Part shown: positions 8,529 through 19,550 of the stretch, piece after piece
How the letters are laid out: every line of letters begins with the position of its first letter
How positions within the stretch are numbered: position 1 is the first letter of the stretch
Assembly: GCA_003240735.1 (NCBI GenBank)
Contig: QFNE01000014.1
Span: 976-64,975, forward strand
Direction of reading: 5' to 3'
Length of the DNA: 64,000 nt
Source of the DNA: Paracoccus denitrificans
GTDB lineage: Bacteria; Pseudomonadota; Alphaproteobacteria; Rhodobacterales; Rhodobacteraceae
Position numbers and translations under genes: made by a program
The notes under the pieces: model-generated
Seen by the model: only the letters and a program-made list of their open reading frames with translations
Database searches by the model: none
Told to the model about the DNA's origin: nothing

Positions 8529-11500
8529 ATGTCCGACCATTTGATCCTGTCCGGTGCCCCTGACGGCATGGAAGCCGCGCTGATCGCGCGAGAAGCCGCC
8601 CGCGGCGCGCCTGTCATCCATGTCGCGCGCGATGACCGCCGCATGGCCGCGGTCAAGGCGGGGCTGGCATTTCTGGCCCCGGACCTGGCGGTGCTGGAGT
8701 TTCCGGCCTGGGACACGACGCCCTATGACCGCGTCTCTCCGTCGGGTGAGATCATGGCTCAGCGTCTGCAGGTCCTGACGGCGCTGGCCACCGGGGCGGT
8801 CAGGGGGCCGTTCGTCCTGCTGACCACCGCGAATGCCGCGACACAGCGTCTGCCTGCCCGGTCCGAAGTCGCCGCATCGGGCTTTTCCGCGGTCAAGGGC
8901 GAGCGTCTGGACGAAAGCAGGCTGCGCGATTTCCTAGCCCGGATGGGGTTTGCGCAGGCGCCCACGGTGACCGAACCGGGCGACTATGCCGTTCGCGGCG
9001 GCATCATCGACATCTTTGCCCCGGGGCAGGGTGGCCCGGTGCGGCTTGACCTGTTCGGTGATATCCTTGACGGCATCCGCCGCTTTGATCCCGAGACCCA
9101 ACGCTCCAGCGACGCGCTGGACCGCATCGACATCGCGCCCATGTCCGAAGTGATGCTGGACGACGCGGCGATCCAGCGGTTTCGCCAGAACTATCGCCTC
9201 GAATACGGCGGGGGCGGGAACGACCCGCTTTATGAGGCCGTCAGCGCAGGCCAGAAGGTCGCAGGGATGGAGCATTGGCTGCCGTGGTTCCATGACCGGC
9301 TGGAGACGCTGTTCGACTATCTTCCCGATGCCTCGGTGATGATCGACGATCACGTCGATCAGGTTCGCCGTGCGCGGTGGGACACCATCACCGAACAATA
9401 CGACGCGCGCCGAGAGGCGCTGTCCAAGCGTCTGGGCACGGACAGCCCATATCGGCCCGTTGCGCCGAACCTGATGTTCGCCGACGAGGCGGAATGGGAC
9501 ACATGGCTGAAACCGCGTCGCGTGCTGCGGCTGGCGGTCCTGCAACGTCCGCCGGGCCCCGGGGTCCTGGACGTCGGGGGGCGCGTGGGGCGCAACTTTG
9601 CGCCTGAACGGCAGGCCGAAAAGACAGACCTGTTCGGCGCCTTGGCGGGCCATATCCGCGACCTGCAAAAGACGCGCCGCGTCGTGTTGGCAAGCTTTTC
9701 CGAAGGCGCGCGTGAGCGTCTGAAGGGCCTTCTGTCCGACGAAGGTCTGGACGATGGGGTTCAGGTCAACGACATCCGGGGCCTTCCCGAGCAGATCGGG
9801 GCGCTGGGCTTTGCGGTCTGGCCGCTTGATGAAGGCTTTGTCGCGGACGGTGCTGCGACCGGCCCCCTTGCCGTCATATCCGAACAGGACGTTCTGGGTG
9901 ATCGCCTGATCCGCGGGGCAAAGAAACGCAAGCGGGCCGAGAATTTCCTGAAGGACACCACCACCCTTAGCCCCGGTGATCTGGTCGTCCATGTCGAACA
10001 CGGCATCGGCCGCTATACCGGGTTGGAAACCATCCGCGCGCTGGGCGTGCCCCATGACTGCGTCGCGCTGGAATACGCGGGCGGCGACCGCCTGTTCCTA
10101 CCGGTCGAGAATATCGAACTCCTCAGCCGCTATGGCCACGAAGAGGGGCTGCTCGACAAGTTGGGCGGCGGGGCGTGGCAGGCCCGCAAGGCGCGGCTGA
10201 AGGAACGCATCCGCATCATCGCCGACAAGCTGATGCGGATCGCCGCCGAACGCATCCTGCGTGACGCCCCGGTGTTGGAGCCTGAGCATCACGAATGGGA
10301 AAGCTTCGCCGCGCGCTTCCCGTATACTGAAACCGAAGATCAGGCTTCGGCCATCACCGACGTGGTGGACGATCTGGCGGCGGGTCGTCCGATGGACCGT
10401 CTGGTCGTGGGCGATGTGGGCTTTGGAAAAACCGAGGTTGCGATGCGCGCCGCCTTTGTTGCCGCGTCCCAAGGCAAGCAGGTGGCCGTCATCGCGCCGA
10501 CGACGCTGCTTGCCCGGCAGCATTTTCGCAGCTTTGCCGAACGCTTTCGGAACACCGCGATCACCGTGCGTCCGCTGTCACGGTTCGTCACCACCCGCGA
10601 CGCGGCAGAGACCCGGCAAGGACTGGCCGACGGCACGGTGGACATCGTCGTCGGCACACACGCCGTTCTGGCCAAGCAGGTCCGGTTCAAGGATCTGGGC
10701 CTGCTGATCATCGACGAAGAGCAGCATTTCGGCGTCAGCCACAAGGAACGGCTGAAAGAACTGCGCTCCGACGTGCATGTGCTGACGCTGACCGCAACGC
10801 CGATCCCGCGCACGTTGCAGCTGTCGCTGACGGGCGTGCGTGATCTGTCGATCATCGGCACGCCGCCCGTCGACCGGCTGGCGATCCGCACCTATGTCAG
10901 CGAATTCGACACCGTCACGATCCGGGAAGCGTTGCTGCGGGAAAAATACCGCGGCGGGCAAAGCTTCTTTGTCGTCCCGCGCCTGGCTGATCTCCCCGAG
11001 GTTCAGGACTGGCTGGCGGAACACGTCCCTGAGGTCAGCTTCATCGTGGCGCACGGCCAGCTTGCGGCCGGTGAACTGGATCAGCGGATGAATGCATTCT
11101 ACGACGGCAGCCACGACGTTTTGCTGGCCACGACCATCGTCGAAAGCGGTCTGGATATCCCGACCGCGAACACCATGGTCGTGTGGCGGTCGGATATGTT
11201 CGGCCTGTCCCAGCTGTATCAGATCCGCGGCCGCGTCGGTCGGTCCAAGACCCGAGCGTACTGTTATCTGACAACAAAACCGCGTGTGCCCCTGACCCCG
11301 CAGGCGATGCGGCGGCTGAAGTTCCTGGGCTCGATCGACAGTCTGGGCGCGGGGTTCAATCTGGCCAGCCAGGACCTTGACCTACGCGGCGCGGGCAACC
11401 TGCTGGGCGAAGAGCAGTCGGGCCACATCAAGGAAGTCGGGTTCGAGCTTTATCAGGCGATGTTGGAAGAAACGATCGCCAAGCTGAAGTCGGGCGAGCT

Positions 11501-12128
11501 GGAGGGCACACCCGAGGATGAATGGGCACCGCAGCTGAATCTTGGCGTGCCGGTGACGATTCCCGAAACCTATATCCCCGATCTGGACGTGCGACTTGGG
11601 CTGTACCGTCGCCTGTCGCAGCTGACGACCAAGGTCGAGCTGGAAGGCTTCGCCGCTGAGCTGATCGACCGGTTCGGAACGCTGCCCCGAGAGGTGAACA
11701 CCCTTTTGACCGTGATCCGGATCAAGGCGATGGCCAAACGCGCCAACATCGCCAAGCTGGATGCCGGTCCCAAGGGGGCCACGATCCAGTTCCACATGGA
11801 CAAGTTTCCGAACCCGGCGGGGCTGGTCGCGTTCATCAACGATCAGCGCGGACAGGCCAAGGTGGTCGACAACAAGATCGTCGTGCGCCGCGACTGGACG
11901 ACCGACGGCGAACGGATCAAGGGTGCGTTCTCGATTGCCCGCGATCTGGCCGCGCGGCTGAAGGACGGGGGCGAAGCGCCAGCAAAGCCAGCTGTGACGG
12001 CAGACAAAAAGCAGGCGACCGGTGCCGAACGCGCCAGTGCCGCCAAGCACGCGATGGCACGCGCCAAGACCCAGGCTGCCAGCCGTGCCGAACGTCCCGC
12101 CCCGACAGCCAAGAAGCCCCGTCGCTGA
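8529..12128 (+). CDS. mfd: transcription-repair coupling factor
   Basis: 1199 aa. UvrB-homology N-terminus and SF2 helicase motifs GDVGFGKTEVA, DEEQHFGV, TATPIPRTL and QLYQIRGRVGRS. It carries an extra basic Ala/Lys-rich C-terminal tail. Confidence 0.95.
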   Translation: MSDHLILSGAPDGMEAALIAREAARGAPVIHVARDDRRMAAVKAGLAFLAPDLAVLEFPAWDTTPYDRVSPSGEIMAQRLQVLTALATGAVRGPFVLLTTANAATQRLPARSEVAASGFSAVKGERLDESRLRDFLARMGFAQAPTVTEPGDYAVRGGIIDIFAPGQGGPVRLDLFGDILDGIRRFDPETQRSSDALDRIDIAPMSEVMLDDAAIQRFRQNYRLEYGGGGNDPLYEAVSAGQKVAGMEHWLPWFHDRLETLFDYLPDASVMIDDHVDQVRRARWDTITEQYDARREALSKRLGTDSPYRPVAPNLMFADEAEWDTWLKPRRVLRLAVLQRPPGPGVLDVGGRVGRNFAPERQAEKTDLFGALAGHIRDLQKTRRVVLASFSEGARERLKGLLSDEGLDDGVQVNDIRGLPEQIGALGFAVWPLDEGFVADGAATGPLAVISEQDVLGDRLIRGAKKRKRAENFLKDTTTLSPGDLVVHVEHGIGRYTGLETIRALGVPHDCVALEYAGGDRLFLPVENIELLSRYGHEEGLLDKLGGGAWQARKARLKERIRIIADKLMRIAAERILRDAPVLEPEHHEWESFAARFPYTETEDQASAITDVVDDLAAGRPMDRLVVGDVGFGKTEVAMRAAFVAASQGKQVAVIAPTTLLARQHFRSFAERFRNTAITVRPLSRFVTTRDAAETRQGLADGTVDIVVGTHAVLAKQVRFKDLGLLIIDEEQHFGVSHKERLKELRSDVHVLTLTATPIPRTLQLSLTGVRDLSIIGTPPVDRLAIRTYVSEFDTVTIREALLREKYRGGQSFFVVPRLADLPEVQDWLAEHVPEVSFIVAHGQLAAGELDQRMNAFYDGSHDVLLATTIVESGLDIPTANTMVVWRSDMFGLSQLYQIRGRVGRSKTRAYCYLTTKPRVPLTPQAMRRLKFLGSIDSLGAGFNLASQDLDLRGAGNLLGEEQSGHIKEVGFELYQAMLEETIAKLKSGELEGTPEDEWAPQLNLGVPVTIPETYIPDLDVRLGLYRRLSQLTTKVELEGFAAELIDRFGTLPREVNTLLTVIRIKAMAKRANIAKLDAGPKGATIQFHMDKFPNPAGLVAFINDQRGQAKVVDNKIVVRRDWTTDGERIKGAFSIARDLAARLKDGGEAPAKPAVTADKKQATGAERASAAKHAMARAKTQAASRAERPAPTAKKPRR

Positions 12129-12131
12129 ACG

Positions 12132-13301
12132 TCAGGTCGCGTGCAGCCGGACCCCCAGTCCGGCCAGCGTCGCCAGCCGTTCACGGATGCCCCCGTGCAG
12201 CCCGTAAAGCTGGGACATGATCGCCGGCAGCCCGGTGTCTTCGTCCCGGCGGCGGCGGCTTTCGACCTCTCCCAGAATGCGGACCTGATCGAGGCCGGTC
12301 ATCAGCCGTTGCAGCGCCTCGGCGTGGCGGCGCAGACGTGACAGGTCCGACACCAGTTCCGCCATGGTGCGGCTCTGCGCGGCCTGTGCGTCGGTCAGAT
12401 GATCCGACAGGCGCGCAAGTTCGCCAGAAGTTTCACCACCACCCGCCACGCCGTTTCGCCGAAATCCCTGCATCGCCTGCGCGATCAGGCTGGCGCAGGC
12501 TTCATGAAACAATGCGGCGTTCAGCACGTCGACCAACCGTTCGGGTCCGGTGCCCACGTCACCCGCGCCCAGGCGAGCGGTCATTTCCCCCGCCACGCGC
12601 TTGTAGCTTTCAGCGATGGCGCCAAGGGGGCCGCCCGACGGCTCCAACCGAGAGGCGAGGATGCGCATGTTGGTCGGAACGATGAACAGGGTCGACAGCA
12701 GACCCAGCAAATCTGTTCGAGTTGCTGAAAACGCCGTCAACCGCGCCGACAGTGCATCCATCGGCACCAGTCTGCGGCGGAAGGTGGGGTTGCGGCTCGC
12801 CGCCTCGGCCACGGTGATGCGGGTCTGAAACTGCGCATGCCCGCCGAATCCTGCCTTGCGGAACATGTCGTCCACATGCAGTCGGTCGATATCGGGATAG
12901 GGGGTCGCGCTTTGATGCTTGCGCATCGTCGCGTAGCTGGGCCCTAAGACCTGCCACAAATCCGACATCGCCGGTGTCATCAGATACGCCCGGCCGTCCA
13001 TCAAGGGCAGACCCAGCGCGTGATACCACGCCGGTCGGCTGCGCGAGGTCCCAAGGCAGACATAGCACGCGCTGACCGCATCCATCCGGCGGCGGCGCAG
13101 TGCGTCATCTTTCATGATCCGGGGCATATCCGCATGCACGATGACATCGACCGGTGAACCGGTCAGCACAGTCCGCGCGTCGCCGATCGTGTCCTGCAGA
13201 CCGCGCGAGATGACTGAAATCAGGCCTCGGCTGTCCGTCCGCAGATACTCGATCCCGGATCGGGAAACCGGCCCATCCGCCACACCGTCGTCATCCAGCA
13301 T
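12132..13301 (-). CDS. soluble Aer-like PAS domain protein with degenerate MCP-signalling-like C-terminal region
   Basis: 389 aa, no TM. The N-terminus (LISVISRGLQDTIGDARTVLTGSPVDVIVHADMPRIM) resembles the Aer/PAS_3 block ...VRHPDMP.... The segment PTNMRILASRLEPSGGPLGAIAESYKRVA loosely parallels the MCP hairpin [33 protein letters not shown]. Similarity judged by eye only. Confidence 0.5.
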   Translation of the reverse strand: MLDDDGVADGPVSRSGIEYLRTDSRGLISVISRGLQDTIGDARTVLTGSPVDVIVHADMPRIMKDDALRRRRMDAVSACYVCLGTSRSRPAWYHALGLPLMDGRAYLMTPAMSDLWQVLGPSYATMRKHQSATPYPDIDRLHVDDMFRKAGFGGHAQFQTRITVAEAASRNPTFRRRLVPMDALSARLTAFSATRTDLLGLLSTLFIVPTNMRILASRLEPSGGPLGAIAESYKRVAGEMTARLGAGDVGTGPERLVDVLNAALFHEACASLIAQAMQGFRRNGVAGGGETSGELARLSDHLTDAQAAQSRTMAELVSDLSRLRRHAEALQRLMTGLDQVRILGEVESRRRRDEDTGLPAIMSQLYGLHGGIRERLATLAGLGVRLHAT

Positions 13302-13366
13302 CTTACCGTCCCTTGGTCGGTCCCAAGATCAGGCTTACAGCCGGGATGATTAAGCCGTGGTTTATG

Positions 13367-13846
13367 TCAGGGCAGGAAACGTCTTGCGCAGCTTTCAGTC
13401 ATGCCGAATGCAAAACCCCCGCCGGACGTCGCGGCGACCGTGCCGCACCATGCGCCCTGCGCCGTGAACAGCGATTTCGTCCCCTTGGGCCGATAGGCAA
13501 GCCGCGTTCCTGCAGGCGAAAACAGGTTCAGCGTCCCGCTATTCTGGGTGTAGTAGCCGACGACCAGACCTTCCAGCACGATGGCACGCCCTCCATCGGG
13601 GGCGTTCAAGGGATTGTCGGGCGCATTCGCGCGGGTGCGGGAACTGTTCCCCGGCATGGCCGACGAATTTCCCGGCGCGCTGGGCAGGTTGGACCGCCGC
13701 GACGCCTGGTTCTGCGGCGCACCCGGACCCAGATCGAACGGCATTGAGGCCGGATCGACGACGAAGATCCCCGCATCCGCCCAAGCCGCACCGGTCAGCG
13801 TCAGGAACGCCAGACCGACCGCGACAGGGGCGCGCGCGATCATCAC
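13367..13846 (-). CDS. hypothetical secreted protein
   Basis: Signal peptide [23 protein letters not shown]. Low-complexity middle with a PGNSS duplication. The start overlaps the pyrG stop (GTGA), suggesting co-transcription. Confidence 0.5.
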   Translation of the reverse strand: MMIARAPVAVGLAFLTLTGAAWADAGIFVVDPASMPFDLGPGAPQNQASRRSNLPSAPGNSSAMPGNSSRTRANAPDNPLNAPDGGRAIVLEGLVVGYYTQNSGTLNLFSPAGTRLAYRPKGTKSLFTAQGAWCGTVAATSGGGFAFGMTESCARRFLP

Positions 13847-15486
13847 ACCATGCGTTCCTGTTCCTTGGCCGCGCGCACGAAATCGGCAAACAGCGGCGCC
13901 GGTTCGAACGGCTTTGATTTCAGTTCAGGGTGCGCCTGAACGCCGATGAACCATGGATGACCCTTGACCTCGATCGCCTCGGGCAGGCGGCCGTCGGGCG
14001 ACATACCCGAAAAGATCAGGCCGGTCTTTTCCAGCTGGTCGCGATACTTGGCGTCGACCTCAAAGCGGTGCCTATGGCGATCCTCGATCTCGGTTGCGCC
14101 GGAATAGACTTCGCTGATCTTGCTGCCCGGCTCAAGCACCGCGGTGTAGGAACCAAGGCGCATGGTGCCGCCCTTGTCGTCGGTGATCTTGCGTTCGACC
14201 TTGTGGTTGCCCTGCACCCATTCCTTGAGGTGATAGACGACCGGAGTGAAGCGGTCTGCGCCAGCCTCGTGATCGAACTCCTCTGACCCTGCGTCGTCGA
14301 TGCCGGCAAGGTTGCGGGCGGATTCAATGACCGCCATCTGCATCCCCAGACAGATCCCCAGATACGGAACCTGACGTTCCCGCGCATACTTGGCCGCAGA
14401 GATCATGCCCTCGGTCCCGCGTTCACCGAAACCGCCGGGAACGATGATCCCATTATATCCATCCAGCAGATGGGTGCCGCCGTTTTCGATGTCTTCCGCC
14501 GCGATCCATTCCGGGCGCACGCGGACGCGGTTGGCCATGCCGCCATGGGTCAACGCCTCGCTGATCGACTTATAAGCGTCTTCCAGCTGCGTGTATTTGC
14601 CCACGATCGCGACCTTGACCTCTCCTTCGGCATTCCAAAGGCGGTCCATCACGTCCTCCCAGCGGCTCAGGTCGGGACGCGGGGCGGGGCTGATCTGGAA
14701 GGCGTCCAGCACGGCGCGGTCAAGCCCTGCGCGATGATAAGCCAAGGGCGCCTCATAAATGGATTTCAGGTCATATGCCGGAATGACCGAATCCGGACGG
14801 ACGTTGCAGAACAGCGCGATCTTGGCGCGTTCCCGGTCAGGAATCGGCTGTTCGGAGCGGCACACCAGCACGTCCGGCTGAAGACCGATCGACCGCAGTT
14901 CCTTGACGCTGTGCTGGGTGGGCTTCGTCTTCAGCTCACCCGATGCGGCGACCCACGGCAGCAGCGTCAGGTGCATGAAAATGCACTGACCGCGCGGACG
15001 ATCCTGCGCGAACTGGCGGATCGCCTCAAAGAAGGGCAGCCCTTCGATATCGCCGACCGTGCCGCCGATCTCGCACAGCATGAAATCGACCTCATCGTCG
15101 CCGATAGCGATGAAGTCCTTGATTTCGTTGGTAACGTGGGGAATGACCTGGATGGTTTTCCCCAGATATTCGCCCCGCCGTTCCTTTTCCAATACGTTGG
15201 AATAGATGCGACCTGCACTGATGGAGTCGCTACGCCGTGCGCTGACGCCGGTGAAGCGTTCGTAGTGCCCCAGATCCAGATCGGTTTCGGCACCGTCGTC
15301 GGTGACGAAGACCTCGCCATGTTCAAACGGGCTCATCGTGCCGGGATCGACGTTCAGATAGGGATCAAGTTTGCGCAGCCGGACAGTAAAGCCACGCGCC
15401 TGCAGCAAGGCCCCCAGCGCCGCCGACGCCAGACCTTTGCCCAGCGACGAAACGACGCCGCCGGTGATAAAGATGTAACGCGCCAT
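13843..15486 (-). CDS. pyrG: CTP synthase
   Basis: [19 protein letters not shown] synthetase N-terminus and glutamine amidotransferase GICLGMQ. 547 aa. Confidence 0.95.
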   Translation of the reverse strand: MARYIFITGGVVSSLGKGLASAALGALLQARGFTVRLRKLDPYLNVDPGTMSPFEHGEVFVTDDGAETDLDLGHYERFTGVSARRSDSISAGRIYSNVLEKERRGEYLGKTIQVIPHVTNEIKDFIAIGDDEVDFMLCEIGGTVGDIEGLPFFEAIRQFAQDRPRGQCIFMHLTLLPWVAASGELKTKPTQHSVKELRSIGLQPDVLVCRSEQPIPDRERAKIALFCNVRPDSVIPAYDLKSIYEAPLAYHRAGLDRAVLDAFQISPAPRPDLSRWEDVMDRLWNAEGEVKVAIVGKYTQLEDAYKSISEALTHGGMANRVRVRPEWIAAEDIENGGTHLLDGYNGIIVPGGFGERGTEGMISAAKYARERQVPYLGICLGMQMAVIESARNLAGIDDAGSEEFDHEAGADRFTPVVYHLKEWVQGNHKVERKITDDKGGTMRLGSYTAVLEPGSKISEVYSGATEIEDRHRHRFEVDAKYRDQLEKTGLIFSGMSPDGRLPEAIEVKGHPWFIGVQAHPELKSKPFEPAPLFADFVRAAKEQERMV

Positions 15487-15643
15487 GGAACCCCCGTGAT
15501 GGTCTTGCGATCAGAAAAGCAAGGTCCTGTTGAACCTGCACCACGGGAGAAAACTCATATCCGATTCTCCGCGATGCCGCAACGGACCGCGATCAGTGTC
15601 AGGGCACGCAGCCGAATGCGCGCGCACCCTGGATACAGGTCGA

Positions 15644-16180
15644 TTAGTTTGTGGCGGCCGGCGGCGTTACGGGCTGCGGCGCGGCGGCACCCTCGGATGC
15701 GGCAGGCGCAGCCGGTGCTGCCGGAGCCGCGGCTTCGGGTGCCGCTGCCGGCGCGGTGGTTTCAGCCGCAGGCTCGGTCGTGGTCGGCGGCAGGATCGGT
15801 TGACCTGCGCCGGGCGCCACGGTGCCGGGTGCCGAAGTCGTCCCCGACGCGCCGGGCGGCGGGGTGTAGGTCAGCGAGCCATCGTTGCCAGCAGGCGCGG
15901 AAACGTCCGGGTTGATCCGGTCGACGACCGATCCGCCCGCCGAATTGCGCGCCGCAAGAACGGTCAGCGCCAGCGAGGTGATGATGAAGCCCGTGGCCAG
16001 CAGCCAGGTCGCACGCGACAGCGCGTTCGCAGCCTGACGGCCGGTCATGACACCACCGCCAGCGCCGCCGCCGCCACCACCGCCCATACCCAGACCGCCG
16101 CCTTCGGACCGCTGCAGCAGAACCACGCCGATCAGCAGCAGGGCAAGAATGAGATGCACGGTCAGGACGACGTTTTCCAA
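15644..16180 (-). CDS. secG: preprotein translocase subunit SecG with a long Pro/Ala/Thr-rich tail
   Basis: MENVVLTVHLILALLLIGVVLLQRSEGGGLG plus a second TM (ATWLLATGFIITSLALTVL). The last ~80 aa are low-complexity. Confidence 0.8.
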   Translation of the reverse strand: MENVVLTVHLILALLLIGVVLLQRSEGGGLGMGGGGGGGAGGGVMTGRQAANALSRATWLLATGFIITSLALTVLAARNSAGGSVVDRINPDVSAPAGNDGSLTYTPPPGASGTTSAPGTVAPGAGQPILPPTTTEPAAETTAPAAAPEAAAPAAPAAPAASEGAAAPQPVTPPAATN

Positions 16181-16282
16181 GGGCGGACCTTTCGGGCGTA
16201 GATCAGAATTCCGTCCATTCGCGGACGCGCCTATCTAGTCGCGGGAGGGACCGATGGCAAGACGATGCCTGTGTCTTTGCCG

Positions 16283-16999
16283 TCAGCGCAGGGCGTCCAG
16301 CGCCGCCCCCAGATCCAGCGCACCGTCATAAAGGGCGCGTCCGGAAATCGCCCCCGCGATGACCCCGGTATCGCGAAGCTGGATCAGGTCTTCCAGCCGC
16401 GAGACGCCACCCGAGGCAATGACCGGGATATCGACCGCGCGGGCAAGATCAGCGGTCGCCTTCACGTTGGGCCCGCCCATCGCGCCATCCCGGTCGATGT
16501 CGGTATAGATGATGGCCGCGACGCCCGCGTCCTGAAAGCTGCGCGCCAGATCCGTCGCCATGACGTCGGTTTCGGTGGCCCATCCGCGCGTTGCCACGCG
16601 ACCGGCCCGCGCATCAATCCCGACCGCGATCTGACCGGGATAGGCCGCAGCGGCGTCGCGCACCAGCTGCGGGTTTTCGACGGCCACGGTTCCTAGAATG
16701 ACCCGAGAGATGCCGCGATCCAGCCACCGCGCAATCGTTTCCATGTCCCGGATTCCACCACCCAGCTGGACGGGAATATCCACCGCCTCGATGATGGTCG
16801 ATACGGCATCTGCGTTGACAGGACGTCCTGCAAAGGCGCCGTTCAGGTCGACAAGGTGCAGCCACTGCGCGCCTGCGTCCTGAAACACGCGCGCCTGCTT
16901 GGCGGGCTCTGTCCCGAAGACGGTTGCCGCATCCATTTCGCCGCGCAGCAAGCGCACGCATGCGCCGTCCTTCAGATCGATGGCGGGGTACAGGATCAT
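16283..16999 (-). CDS. hisA: ProFAR isomerase (histidine biosynthesis)
   Basis: ORF 16283..17074 trimmed to ATG 16999 (MILYPAIDLKDGACVRLLRGEM). Also VQLGGGIR and IASGGV. No other his genes are adjacent. Confidence 0.9.
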   Translation of the reverse strand: MILYPAIDLKDGACVRLLRGEMDAATVFGTEPAKQARVFQDAGAQWLHLVDLNGAFAGRPVNADAVSTIIEAVDIPVQLGGGIRDMETIARWLDRGISRVILGTVAVENPQLVRDAAAAYPGQIAVGIDARAGRVATRGWATETDVMATDLARSFQDAGVAAIIYTDIDRDGAMGGPNVKATADLARAVDIPVIASGGVSRLEDLIQLRDTGVIAGAISGRALYDGALDLGAALDALR

Positions 17000-17145
17000 G
17001 GCGCAGCTTTCCGGATCAGGGCGGGTTGCGCGCTTGTTGCCACATGGGCCGCGGCGGGGGAAGACAGCCCGCAACCTTACGTCACGCTTGAAGGAATCGC
17101 GTCATCGGCGCGTGATGACGGCCATCGAAGGGGGAGGGAGACCCA

Positions 17146-17541
17146 ATGAGAAAACTGACATTCGCCGCCATCTGCGCGGCAGCGACACTGTTTGGCACGA
17201 CAGCCATGGCCGCCGACGCGATCGAGGGCGTGTGGCAGACGCAGCCGGACGACGGCGTGCTGGCGCTGGTCCAGATCGGGCCGTGCGGCCCTGCGTTTTG
17301 CGGCAAGATCGTGAAATCCTATCGCGGCAAGGAAGAGGTCAAGTCCGCCCACACCGGCAAACAGATCGTCATCGACATGAAGCCCGGGGGCGAGGGGAAG
17401 TATACCGGCAAGGTGCTGCGCCCCGCAGACAACAAGATCTATAACGGCAAGGTCTCGATCAGCGGCAAGTCGATGAAGCTGTCCGGCTGTGTCGCAGGCG
17501 GGCTGATCTGCAAAAGCCAGACCTGGACGAAGGTTCAGTAA
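17146..17541 (+). CDS. DUF2147 domain protein (periplasmic)
   Basis: Signal peptide, then EGVWQTQPDDG...CGPAFCGKIV...YNGKVSISG...LSGCV, typical of DUF2147. Strong SD (gggggaggga). Confidence 0.7.
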   Translation: MRKLTFAAICAAATLFGTTAMAADAIEGVWQTQPDDGVLALVQIGPCGPAFCGKIVKSYRGKEEVKSAHTGKQIVIDMKPGGEGKYTGKVLRPADNKIYNGKVSISGKSMKLSGCVAGGLICKSQTWTKVQ

Positions 17542-17556
17542 ACCGCACCGCAGAAG

Positions 17557-17577
17557 GCGGGGGCTGCCTGCCCCCGC
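17557..17577. terminator. GC-rich stem-loop between convergent DUF2147 gene and edd (no U-tract)
   Basis: gcgggggc(17557-17564)/gcccccgc(17570-17577), 5-nt loop. Confidence 0.35.
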
Positions 17578-17616
17578 ACCCCCGGGGATACTTGCGTGAC
17601 GAAGAGGCGCCCCGCG

Positions 17617-19416
17617 TCAGACGACGATGCCCGCCCCTTCGTCGACAGGTGCGGCGTGTTCGCGGAACGCCTTGAACAGCTCTCGACCCATGCCTTCACT
17701 GCTGCGCAGGGGGTCGAACGGAGCAGGGTCACGTAGTTCGAATCCCGCCTCCAAGCATTCGAGGATGCCGTTCTTTGCATCCAGTCGCATCAGGTCGCCG
17801 TCGCGCACCTTGGACAGCGGACCGCCGCGCGCCGCCTCGGGCGAGACGTGGATGGCGGCCGGGACCTTGCCTGACGCGCCCGACATGCGACCGTCCGTCA
17901 CCAGCGCAACCCGCAACCCGCGATCCAGCAGGACCGACAGCGTCGGTGTCAGTGAATGAAGTTCGGGCATGCCGTTGGCGTGCGGCCCCTGGAAGCGGAC
18001 GACGACAATGGTGTCTTCGGTGAACTCACCCGCCTTGAACGCGGCCTTGACCTCTTCCTGATCGGAAAAGACGCGGGCTTTCGCTTCAATGAACTGAAGT
18101 TCGGGTTTCACGGCGCTGGCCTTGATGACCGCGCGACCGAGGTTCCCGGCCAGCATGTGCAGGCCCCCGGTCGGCGCGAACGGGTCGTTGGCGGGGCGAA
18201 CGATCTTGTCGTTCAGGCTTTCCCGCGCCCCTTCAGTCCAGACGACGGTATCACCGTCGAGTTTCGGTTCGTGGGTATAGCGTTCCAGCCCGTCGCCCGC
18301 GACGGTGCGCACATCCTCGTGCAGCAACCCAGCCGACAGAAGCTGCCCGATCAGATAGCCGAGGCCGCCTGCCGCGTGAAAATGGTTCACGTCCGCCAGA
18401 CCGTTCGGATAGACCCGCGCCATCAGCGGCACGGCTTGGCTGATGTCGTGGAAATCTTCCAGATCGAGGATGATTCCGGCTGCGCGCGCCATGGCGGGCA
18501 GGTGGATCACGAGGTTCGTCGAGCCTCCGGTCGCCATCAGACCGACCAGCCCGTTGACGAACGCGCGTTCGTCCAGAATTTCAGCCGTGGGACGCCAGTC
18601 GTTCCCCAACCGCGTGATCTGGGCCGCACGGGTGACACCGGCCACGGTCAGCGCTTCACGCAGGGGGGTGTTGGGGTTGACGAAGCTTGCACCCGGCAGG
18701 TGCAGGCCCATGAACTCCATCAGCATCTGGTTGGTGTTGGCGGTGCCATAGAAGGTGCAGGTCCCCGGGGCGTGATAGCTGGCCATTTCCGCAGCCATCA
18801 ACGCGTCGCGGCCGATCTTGCCGGCGGCGAATTCCTGACGCACCCGGGATTTTTCGTCATTCGGCAGGCCGGACGGCATCGGGCCGGCGGGCAGGAACAC
18901 CGCCGGCACATGGCCGAATGTCGCCGCTGCGATGACCAGCCCGGGCACGATCTTGTCGCAGATACCCAGCCAGACCGAGCTGTCGAAGACGTCGTGTGAC
19001 ATCGCAACGCCCGCCGCCAGCGCGATGACGTCGCGCGAAAACAGCGACAGCTCCATCCCCGGGCGGCCCTGGGTCACGCCGTCGCACATCGCGGGCACGC
19101 CGCCCGCCACCTGAACGGTCGCGCCTGCGGCGTGGCCTGCGCGGCGGATCAGATCGGGAAACCGTTCATACGGCTGATGCGCGGACAGCATGTCGTTATA
19201 GGCGGTGATGATCCCGATGTTCGGGCGCGCGGTCAGGGCCAGATCGGCCTTGTCGTCCATCGCGGCGTAGGCGTGGGCCTGATTGCCACAGGACAGATGC
19301 GCACGACGCGGCCCATCTTCGGCCGCGCGCGCGATCTTGTTCAGATAAGCGGCGCGCGTGGCGGCAGAGCGTTCGCGGATACGGTCGGTGACGCGGGCGA
19401 TTTTATCGTTGAGCAT
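17617..19416 (-). CDS. edd: phosphogluconate dehydratase (Entner-Doudoroff)
   Basis: The N-terminus [21 protein letters not shown]...[14 protein letters not shown] parallels the Edd N-terminus rather than IlvD. IlvD/Edd family, 599 aa. No eda, zwf or pgl is adjacent. Confidence 0.85.
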   Translation of the reverse strand: MLNDKIARVTDRIRERSAATRAAYLNKIARAAEDGPRRAHLSCGNQAHAYAAMDDKADLALTARPNIGIITAYNDMLSAHQPYERFPDLIRRAGHAAGATVQVAGGVPAMCDGVTQGRPGMELSLFSRDVIALAAGVAMSHDVFDSSVWLGICDKIVPGLVIAAATFGHVPAVFLPAGPMPSGLPNDEKSRVRQEFAAGKIGRDALMAAEMASYHAPGTCTFYGTANTNQMLMEFMGLHLPGASFVNPNTPLREALTVAGVTRAAQITRLGNDWRPTAEILDERAFVNGLVGLMATGGSTNLVIHLPAMARAAGIILDLEDFHDISQAVPLMARVYPNGLADVNHFHAAGGLGYLIGQLLSAGLLHEDVRTVAGDGLERYTHEPKLDGDTVVWTEGARESLNDKIVRPANDPFAPTGGLHMLAGNLGRAVIKASAVKPELQFIEAKARVFSDQEEVKAAFKAGEFTEDTIVVVRFQGPHANGMPELHSLTPTLSVLLDRGLRVALVTDGRMSGASGKVPAAIHVSPEAARGGPLSKVRDGDLMRLDAKNGILECLEAGFELRDPAPFDPLRSSEGMGRELFKAFREHAAPVDEGAGIVV

Positions 19417-19550
19417 GGCAATTCCCCAATGGCCGGGCGCTGATCAGACAATAAACAGTTAGCGGTAACAGTTCAACCTGACGCAAAGATGCTTTTCCGC
19501 ACGGCCCTGTGCGGCTATACCCCCGCCGGACCTGTGCGAAGGATGCAGCA

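Noticed and set aside
17098-17122. Inverted repeat CGTCATC-N7-GATGACG between hisA and the DUF2147 gene
   Set aside because: It is only 7 bp, with no supporting context or known operator consensus. It could be a chance palindrome in a 146-bp spacer. I noted it but do not call it a regulatory site.
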